Positions 56,769-64,000 of a DNA stretch of 64,000 nt are shown here, in pieces. The stretch covers positions 256,001 to 320,000 of the forward strand of contig JAFATB010000025.1 in NCBI GenBank assembly GCA_019244185.1, written 5' to 3'. Position 1 is the stretch's first letter. The number at the start of each line of letters is the position of its first letter. Under the pieces are notes generated by a model. The model was not told the DNA's origin and did no database searches. It saw nothing but the letters and a program-made list of their open reading frames with translations. Source of the stretch: Acidobacteriota bacterium (GTDB lineage Bacteria > Acidobacteriota > Thermoanaerobaculia > Gp7-AA8). A program made the translations under genes and the position numbers.

Positions 56769-59700
56769 TCAGTGCGATCCATTCGGCTGCGGGTTGGTCC
56801 GCTTGTGCGGATCCTTGTCCCAGTCGTCGATGGTCCTCGGCTTTCCGTCAGCGTTCTTGAAGTCCAGAATGCCGTTCAATGCCTTGGCGAGGATGTCCGT
56901 ATAAATCGAGCAATCGCCCTGGTTCTTCGTGATGTCCCAGACCTTGTTGTTGTACCAGACGAGCCCGATCCCCTCAGCTGCTTTGACCACCGTATTCGAG
57001 CCGAAGGGCACCTTGTTGCCGTCCTTCATGACGTAGTTCTCGACCACCCCTCGTATCACCGTCGTCTTGCTGTTCCACAGGCCGCCGCCGGCCGCGTCGG
57101 AATTGGAGTTGACGATGATCGTCGAGTGCGGATCTTTCTCCGTCAGCAGGTGATCCGCACCTTCGACGCGCGCGGTCGGAATGGGAGCATTTTCAGTCAC
57201 GAAGGCTTCCATCACCCCATCCTCCTTGTTCTTGACGAAGCCAACCACGGTGCTCACATGGGCGACCGGATGCTCATGAGCCGCCCGGAATCCCAGCACG
57301 ACCACGTCGCCTGGATTGACGTCCCACATCTGCCCGTACAGTCGCGCGATGACCTCGCCTGTCGGATCCCAGGCGTTCATCGGATTGTTCAGAACGTACG
57401 TATACCGGTTCCACGACTGCGGCGTGACCGCGTTCCCCGGTTTCGGGTCGCCGGAGAGGAAACGTCCCAGCGCCGCCGCGTAATAGCGGGCATGCATGTA
57501 ATCGATGTCGCTCTCGTCCTGCGCCGTGCCGTCGTCGTCGCGCTCGTGACCCGTGAACGCCATCCGCTCCGGCAGTTTCTGGTCGAAGAAGAGATTGCCG
57601 AACGGCATGTACTTCGAGCCGGTCGAGGTCGTGTTCAGCAGTTCGCCCTGCTGTCCGGTGACGAACCGCACCGATCCGAGGTGATCGACGTGCACGTCGT
57701 GCACCTCGGCCTGCCCCGACGCGTTGCGGCTGATCGTGTTCGTGAGGATGTCGCCCGCGTAGACGAAATCCTCTTTCCACGTCCACGTCGACGGTGCGCC
57801 GGCGCTGTATCGGCGCTCGACGTCGCGTAGGACGCGATGTCCGCCGGAACGGAACGACCACAGCTCGCGCACGCCGCTCGAGGCCGTGAAGTCGAGCACG
57901 CCCACGCGCTCGTCGTTTACGTCGTAAACATAGATGCGTCCGATGTTCGTGCCTTCCGTGTACGTGGCGCGGTTGAACGCGTCGTACTCGAAGTTCAACG
58001 TTGCCGTCGGATTCGGTGGAGTGAACTTGCGGAGATCGGGCATCGTCTTGACGTTTCCCGCATCGTCGTACTCGACGCCTCGTGCGGCTTGACCGCCCGA
58101 CGCCACGTTCTGCAGCCGGCTCGTGGTCTTGTCGACCGTGTAATTTATCGTGCCGCGCTGCTTGAGATTGCCGAAGCCGTCGTACCTGTAGGTTTCCGAC
58201 AGTGACCCGACTGCAGCATTGGCGATACGCAATGCGTTGTCGTACTGATACGAATCGCTCATGCCGATCTTCGAGATGTTGCCGGCACCGTCATAGGCAT
58301 AAAGGCCGGTATCCGAGGAGCCGTTCTTCCAATGCCAGACGATCTCGCCCACACGGGCGAGCTTCGAGTCCGTCTCGAGCGAAATGTCGTCATGCACGTC
58401 GGCACTGGCGAATTGCACGCCCTTGCGCAGACCGTTGAGGTAGTACGACAGCGTTGCTCGCGGCGTGTGCCCGGCTCCCTCGTTGACGTCCGTCAGCACG
58501 TCCGCGGTGTAACCGTAATTGAAGAAACGCGTAGTCGCGTCCGAGAACGGCGTCGGGTAGTCGATGCGGGTGAGGTTCCCCCGCCCGTCGTAGTCGTATT
58601 TCACGGTTCCGCTGAGGAACGAGGCCTCGACGCCTGCGGAGGAGACGGTCGACATCGAGGTCGTGACCTGCGTCAGCATGCCGCAGCGCAGGCTGCCGAT
58701 GCCGCAGTCGTCGTACGCGTATGCGCTGCCGACCTTGTACGTCGCGGGCTTGGCGGTCGCCGCCGGATCGCGAACATAGTTGTAGCGGTAGGCGGCGGCG
58801 AGCTGATTGCGCGGTCCGGCCGCGTCGTCGTTGGTGAAGTAATCGAAATGCTTGAGGAGCGGCGCGTTGCCGCGCGGCGTCGCTGCCGGCTGCCATACGT
58901 CGCGCAGCCGCTCGGCGCGGTCGTAGGCCATGCGCAGGTTCCACTGATTCAACGACGGGAGCGTCGTCCCGCCACCCAACCATGCGTAATCGACGGCCGT
59001 GGCGTGCCCGCGCGCGTCGTACTGGCTCTTGACGAGCACCTGGCCGCTCGGGCTGCGCATTTCGGGATCGGTCTCACTGGTCAGGAACCCGCGTCCGTCG
59101 TAGTCCATGCGCCGGGTCTGTGTGTCGCCGGTATCGATGGTCGTCAGCGTGGCCACGGTGAGGTGCGACAGTGCGTCGTAGCTGTATTCGGCGCGCACCG
59201 CTCCATCGTTGACGCGGAAGAGACGGCCGAAGGAATCGAGGTCGTGCGACATCTGCACGTCGTGCGGATTCCCGTTGCCCGCGTATTCGGGGGCGAGCGC
59301 GATGTCGTGCATCAGGGTGACCGTGCCGCGTCCGCCGACGTAGCTCGTATCGGTCGTATGGCCGTCGGCCTCGCGCACGCTCTTCTCGCGGTCGAAGACG
59401 TCGTAGAAATGCTTGTTCGTCCGCACCGCCTGCGGCAGCGTTTCCTCGAATACCTTTCCCGTCGGCGTATAACTGAGGATCGTCTCCGCCTGGCCCGCCG
59501 GCGTGTCGCGCAGCGTCGACGTCAGTCGTCCGAGGTAGTCGTACGTAAAGTACGAGGAAGGGCCGCCCGCGCGGGAAACCGACAGTTGGTTGATGCCGCC
59601 CGTGCCCGTTTTGCTCTTGTAGCCGAACGTCTGCGGAGTGGCCACTCCCGGCGGCGTGACGGTCTTCACCCGACCCAGTGCGTCGTAGGTATAGCCCGTG

Positions 59701-62501
59701 GTCAGACCGGAGGCGTCGGTCATCGACGACGGCAGCCCCGCTCCATGCTCGATGTCCGCGCTGCTCGTTTGCACATAGGTGCCGGCGCCGCAGCCGCGGT
59801 ATTCGGTCGACGCGACGCTTCCGTAGCGCATCGTCGTTTCGATCGCGTAGTCGCTGGTGACGTTCTGGCCCGGGGAAATCTGGTTACCGGACCATGCGCA
59901 CTCGCCGCTTGCCGCGGTGCAGAGGCCGCCGCCGTCGCCGCCGTAGTTCTCTTCGCGAGTGACCACTTCGTACACGCTTCCGGGCACGGCGGGGCCGCGC
60001 CGCGTGTAGAGGGTCAGCAGGTCGTTGGCGCCGTCCGGTACATCGACATCGCGCAGCGACGGCAGCGCTCCTTGTGCGTTCGGCAGCAGATTAACGGATG
60101 CCGACAAGTAGCTTTCGGTGAGGTGCCGCGTGGCCTTGAGATATCCGCGCGTCGTGTCGTACAGCGTATGCGTGCTGCCGATCCGCCCGTTTTCGATGAC
60201 CTTCGCCCGCGACGAGAGCTCGATGAGCCACGCGTGGAGTCGGTCCGGCATGCCGGTCGGATTGTCCGCGTTCGCCTGCCACGAAACAGTCGGGTTGTAC
60301 AGCGTGTACTCGCCGCGCATGTCGAAGTCGTTGCCGTCGGGATGTCCTTTCGCGGCCGCGCGGAAATTGCCGTACGTGTTCGTCTGGCGGAAGTGTCCGA
60401 GGCCGTCGAAATCCGAGAACATCGCCTCGGTGAACGGTACCTGCGGGACAGTCGTATTGAAGTTCACCGTCGCCGGGTCGTCGAAGTAGCGCGTGTGCTC
60501 GCTCGTCTCGCGTAGATTGATCTGCCGGCAGTCCGACGGCAGCATGTCGCCGCCGCATTCGTACGAGCTCTCCTCGAAATTCGCATACTTCGCACGGAGC
60601 CGCGTTGCGGTGGTCGCATCTTCATTTTCGTGGCGGTATGTCGGGAACATCCGCCGCACGGCGTCCTTGAGGTTTGTCACGAACGGTGAGCTGGGGGCCA
60701 TGCTGACCGAATACGTCTCGGACGACAGATAACGGGCAGCCTGCGACCGATCGTGCCGCTGCACGGTGTCGACCTTCTCCAAGTCCGGCGTGAACGGCGC
60801 GCCGTACCACTGCAGGCCGTATTCGACGTTGTGATAGTTGACCGTCAGGAGGCCGTTCGGATCGAGCATCGTGGCCAGGAATTCCACCGGCGCGCGGCAC
60901 AAAAGCGGCTCGCCCAAATCCCATTGGCCGTTATGGTTCGGATCGCCGTCATCCCAGCCGTCGTGGTCCGTGTCGATGAACCACCGGTAGTACGCTTGTC
61001 CGGAATAGCGCCACGTCGCTTTCACGGCGCCGCCGGCGTCGATCTCCTCGCGTTTCGCGATTCCGACGACGTTGCCGCCGCCATAGGCGCCATCACGCAC
61101 GCTTCCGTGGCACAGACGGGTGGTCGTCCCTCGGCCCTCATACGAATACTTGTAGCCGCCGCCGGTCGGCGCTTTGACGGACAACAACGCGCCGGACAGA
61201 CGGCTCGTCGGATACGAGAATCCGTCGGGGCACGCCGTCGTGCTGTTCCAGTTCGGAGCCGTACAGTAGGTGTACGCGAATCCGTCGCCGTCGGCGGTAG
61301 TCCCCGGATAGTAATCGAACTTCCATTGCCCGCCGCCCTCGGGCAGCGTCATCGATTGCAGTACCTGAAACGTCGTCGTGTGGTCGTCGTTGTACGGAAA
61401 CAGCAGTCCGTCTTTCGTCCACGGCAGCACCGACGTGCGCAGCATCCGCAGCGGCGTGTAGTCGAAACTGAAGACCATCGAATAATCGCCCTGCGGACCA
61501 GCCAGTTCGGCGCGCGTCAGCCGCTCGCCGATCCACGGATAGTCCGTCGGCGCGTAGTTGCCGTAGATGTCGAAGACGAGCCGGTGCTGCCGGTTGACGA
61601 GCAGCGACGTGCGTTCCGGCGACGTGCCGTGATAGTACGGATCGTCGCGCGTCTCCGCATCCGGCAGCGTCCCTTCGACGAGCGTCCAGATCCACTGTCC
61701 CGATGCGGGCCGCGTGTCCGAGCTCCGCTCGATCAAGAGCACATTTCCGAACGAATCGGAGATCCAGCGCAGAATCCACTGCGCCTTCCGCTGGCCGCAG
61801 CCGCTCACGCACGAGAAGTGCTTGACGGTGCCGTCGGGAAAGTCGACCTCCCGCTCGTTCGTGTCGCCGCCAATTTTGCGCAGGCGGAGGTAGCTTCCGT
61901 CCTGCGTGAACGAGGCGCCGACGTCATTGAAGCTCGTCGAATGCATGGACGGCTTGAACTCGTGCGACGCGCCGTTCGGCTCGGTGTACGTTCCGCTGAG
62001 GTAACCCTCCGGCGTCGCCACCGCACCGAAGCTGCCGAAGCCGACGCTCCAGCCGACGCCGGCGTTGCCGGTCGGCACCGGCTCCGATCCCGCAAAACCG
62101 CTGCCCTCCGGCGCGTCGAGCGTGAAGGTCATGCGATACGTCCGGATGCCGGACGAGCCCTGCGTCGTCACCGCGTCGACGATCGTGGTCGAGATCGTCG
62201 ACGGTGCGGTGTTGACCGCGTATTTATCGACGAACGCCCAAACGTCCCGCGAATGCTGGAGCGTGAACTGATAGGACAACGCACCGTTCGTTTTGTACTG
62301 CGGTCCAATGGGGACGGTGACGCTCAGATCGCCGCTGAACAGATTCACGTTGTCGAACTGCGAGATCTGGTACGACGTATTCGGCTGAAACCCGTGCGCA
62401 AGGATCGTGTCGACGCCCGCATACAAAGGCGCGCCGAAGAGCAATACCACAAGGACTACGGTTGCACCGTGCAGTGCGCGAAGCGGTTTGATCGGTTTCA
62501 T
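56769..62501 (-). CDS. RHS/YD-repeat protein with signal peptide and variable C-terminal tip
   Basis: Hydrophobic N-terminus ending LYA; YxYD repeats; DHLGSVR, FTGHERD, ARYY, NPMNAWDPTG. Confidence 0.92.
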   Translation of the reverse strand: MKPIKPLRALHGATVVLVVLLFGAPLYAGVDTILAHGFQPNTSYQISQFDNVNLFSGDLSVTVPIGPQYKTNGALSYQFTLQHSRDVWAFVDKYAVNTAPSTISTTIVDAVTTQGSSGIRTYRMTFTLDAPEGSGFAGSEPVPTGNAGVGWSVGFGSFGAVATPEGYLSGTYTEPNGASHEFKPSMHSTSFNDVGASFTQDGSYLRLRKIGGDTNEREVDFPDGTVKHFSCVSGCGQRKAQWILRWISDSFGNVLLIERSSDTRPASGQWIWTLVEGTLPDAETRDDPYYHGTSPERTSLLVNRQHRLVFDIYGNYAPTDYPWIGERLTRAELAGPQGDYSMVFSFDYTPLRMLRTSVLPWTKDGLLFPYNDDHTTTFQVLQSMTLPEGGGQWKFDYYPGTTADGDGFAYTYCTAPNWNSTTACPDGFSYPTSRLSGALLSVKAPTGGGYKYSYEGRGTTTRLCHGSVRDGAYGGGNVVGIAKREEIDAGGAVKATWRYSGQAYYRWFIDTDHDGWDDGDPNHNGQWDLGEPLLCRAPVEFLATMLDPNGLLTVNYHNVEYGLQWYGAPFTPDLEKVDTVQRHDRSQAARYLSSETYSVSMAPSSPFVTNLKDAVRRMFPTYRHENEDATTATRLRAKYANFEESSYECGGDMLPSDCRQINLRETSEHTRYFDDPATVNFNTTVPQVPFTEAMFSDFDGLGHFRQTNTYGNFRAAAKGHPDGNDFDMRGEYTLYNPTVSWQANADNPTGMPDRLHAWLIELSSRAKVIENGRIGSTHTLYDTTRGYLKATRHLTESYLSASVNLLPNAQGALPSLRDVDVPDGANDLLTLYTRRGPAVPGSVYEVVTREENYGGDGGGLCTAASGECAWSGNQISPGQNVTSDYAIETTMRYGSVASTEYRGCGAGTYVQTSSADIEHGAGLPSSMTDASGLTTGYTYDALGRVKTVTPPGVATPQTFGYKSKTGTGGINQLSVSRAGGPSSYFTYDYLGRLTSTLRDTPAGQAETILSYTPTGKVFEETLPQAVRTNKHFYDVFDREKSVREADGHTTDTSYVGGRGTVTLMHDIALAPEYAGNGNPHDVQMSHDLDSFGRLFRVNDGAVRAEYSYDALSHLTVATLTTIDTGDTQTRRMDYDGRGFLTSETDPEMRSPSGQVLVKSQYDARGHATAVDYAWLGGGTTLPSLNQWNLRMAYDRAERLRDVWQPAATPRGNAPLLKHFDYFTNDDAAGPRNQLAAAYRYNYVRDPAATAKPATYKVGSAYAYDDCGIGSLRCGMLTQVTTSMSTVSSAGVEASFLSGTVKYDYDGRGNLTRIDYPTPFSDATTRFFNYGYTADVLTDVNEGAGHTPRATLSYYLNGLRKGVQFASADVHDDISLETDSKLARVGEIVWHWKNGSSDTGLYAYDGAGNISKIGMSDSYQYDNALRIANAAVGSLSETYRYDGFGNLKQRGTINYTVDKTTSRLQNVASGGQAARGVEYDDAGNVKTMPDLRKFTPPNPTATLNFEYDAFNRATYTEGTNIGRIYVYDVNDERVGVLDFTASSGVRELWSFRSGGHRVLRDVERRYSAGAPSTWTWKEDFVYAGDILTNTISRNASGQAEVHDVHVDHLGSVRFVTGQQGELLNTTSTGSKYMPFGNLFFDQKLPERMAFTGHERDDDGTAQDESDIDYMHARYYAAALGRFLSGDPKPGNAVTPQSWNRYTYVLNNPMNAWDPTGEVIARLYGQMWDVNPGDVVVLGFRAAHEHPVAHVSTVVGFVKNKEDGVMEAFVTENAPIPTARVEGADHLLTEKDPHSTIIVNSNSDAAGGGLWNSKTTVIRGVVENYVMKDGNKVPFGSNTVVKAAEGIGLVWYNNKVWDITKNQGDCSIYTDILAKALNGILDFKNADGKPRTIDDWDKDPHKRTNPQPNGSH

Positions 62502-62639
62502 CGCGTCAGTCTCTCCGTTGCGGCGATTGATTGCGTTACTCGACTTACTTATCGTTCGGGCGGAATCGTTGGACCAGCGGCCGCAGGTCGTCGGCCGATG
62601 AACTGCTGATGCGCAGCCAGTGCGGCTCCCCCGCGACTC

Positions 62640-64000
62640 TTACTGTGGCTCGTTGGGAGGATGCTCGCCTGGATTCGTCTCCTGCAAGACCGTCGGGCCC
62701 GTGCCTCTCTCATTCGCGAGATCAGCCGCCGCCTTCGCATCGCGGTTCGCAAAGAGGCTTAGCAGCGCAATGCCCAACCAGTTCTGGACATCACCCCCGC
62801 CGTTGATACCGCACCACGTAGTGGTTTTCGTACCGATCACTGGAATCCCAACATCATTCGCCAACTTCGCACCGGCACCGCCCGTATAACAGCCGGCTAA
62901 AATGATCGCGGATGGCTTCGAGACCACCAAACCCAGCTCGAGCGAGTTGAGAGAGACGTAGAAATTGTTCGCGTTCTGCGGAATCGCTCTGAATTGGTGA
63001 ACATCCTGAACAGGTGCGGCATTGAGGTTCAAAAACGACGTGCCATTCTGAAATCCGAAGTGCCCCCACAAAACGAGCACATCGTCACTGTGCAGCCCAC
63101 GCAGCTCATCCATCATTTGAGAATAGGCATAGATCGTCGGCTGGCGAACCTGCACCTCGTGGCCTGTTGAAGCTTCCATTCGCTCGATCCAGGCTTTACT
63201 CGGTCCGTCTCCGCTGAAGTGGTAAATGACGGCCCGTGGCTCTTTTCCGTTGGGATCGTGAAATGCCAGTGGGTTGTTACGTACGTACGAGAAGCGGTTC
63301 CATCCTTGCAGCAAATCGGGTGTTCCCGACGCAGCGTCTCTGGACAGGAATCTTCCCAGCGACGGCGCGTAATAGCGCGCGTGCATGTAGTCGATGTCGC
63401 TCTCGTCCTGTGCCGTGCCGTCGTCGTCGCGCTCGTGGCCGGTGAAGGCCATCCGCTCCGGCAGTTTCTGGTCGAACACGAGATTGCCGAACGGCATGTA
63501 CTTCGAGCCGGTCGAAGTCGTGTTCAGCAGTTCGCCCTGCTGCCCGGTGACGAACCGCACCGATCCGAGGTGATCGACGTGCAGGTCATGAACCTCGACC
63601 TGCCCTGACGACGCGTTGCGGCTGATCGTGTTGGTGATGATGTCGCCCGCGTAGACGAAGTCCTCTTTCCACGTCCATGTGGAGGGCCCGCCCGCGCTGT
63701 ATCGCCGCTCGACGTCGCGCAGCACGCGCCGGCCGCCGGAGCGGAACGACCACAATTCGCGAATGCCGTTCGAAGCCATGAAATCGAGCACGCCGACGCG
63801 CTCGTCGTTCGCGTCGTAGACGTAGACGCGCCCGATGTTCGTGCCTTCGGTGTAGGTCGCGCGATTGAACGCGTCGTACTCGAAATTCAGCACGGCCGTC
63901 GGATTCGCGGGACTGAGGGTCCGCAGGTCCGGCATGGTCTTGATGTTGCCGGAGTCGTCGTACTCGACGCCCCGCGGCTGCTGAGTCCCGGACTTCACCG
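62640..64000 (-). CDS. second RHS protein (5' part outside window)
   Basis: Core nearly identical to 57480-58090; NPLAFHDPNG then an unrelated tip; frame is open at the window edge. Confidence 0.9.
   Translation of the reverse strand, partial: VKSGTQQPRGVEYDDSGNIKTMPDLRTLSPANPTAVLNFEYDAFNRATYTEGTNIGRVYVYDANDERVGVLDFMASNGIRELWSFRSGGRRVLRDVERRYSAGGPSTWTWKEDFVYAGDIITNTISRNASSGQVEVHDLHVDHLGSVRFVTGQQGELLNTTSTGSKYMPFGNLVFDQKLPERMAFTGHERDDDGTAQDESDIDYMHARYYAPSLGRFLSRDAASGTPDLLQGWNRFSYVRNNPLAFHDPNGKEPRAVIYHFSGDGPSKAWIERMEASTGHEVQVRQPTIYAYSQMMDELRGLHSDDVLVLWGHFGFQNGTSFLNLNAAPVQDVHQFRAIPQNANNFYVSLNSLELGLVVSKPSAIILAGCYTGGAGAKLANDVGIPVIGTKTTTWCGINGGGDVQNWLGIALLSLFANRDAKAAADLANERGTGPTVLQETNPGEHPPNEPQ

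Noticed and set aside
62531-62806. Short ORFs between the RHS genes as immunity candidates
   Set aside because: They overlap the RHS tip or run antisense, lack an RBS and have non-protein-like composition

Overview
High-GC bacterial chromosomal window. The gene repertoire and style suggest Acidobacteriota, probably Thermoanaerobaculia; this is an inference, not verified. About 55 real CDSs are present, and most long ORFs in the supplied track are GC-rich antisense shadows. Recognisable content: ychF, glucokinase, an ECF sigma with a soluble ZAS-TPR partner, general-stress-type genes, an atypical CLC channel, a stand-alone cysteine-free rpsD, a five-gene CMD/flavoprotein/radical SAM/GNAT/metallophosphoesterase operon with arsenic-pathway relatives, a cyanophycin locus (cphA-iadA-cphB plus a second cyanophycinase), pyruvate oxidase, AlkZ-like glycosylase, pgm, an M16 peptidase pair, LytS/LytTR, two ABC systems (one a sigma54-controlled MacAB-like operon with readable enhancer, IHF and -24/-12 sites) and two tandem RHS genes with different predicted cysteine-hydrolase tips and no immunity gene. 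Best candidates for an undescribed system: (1) the ECF sigma and ZAS-TPR pair followed by an unannotated 22-aa hydrophobic peptide in a structured RNA that occludes its ribosome-binding site; (2) the arsM-less radical SAM operon; (3) the immunity-less RHS pair; (4) two paralogous beta-rich proteins sharing a C-terminal helical tag. No rRNA, tRNA, CRISPR array or transposase was found.
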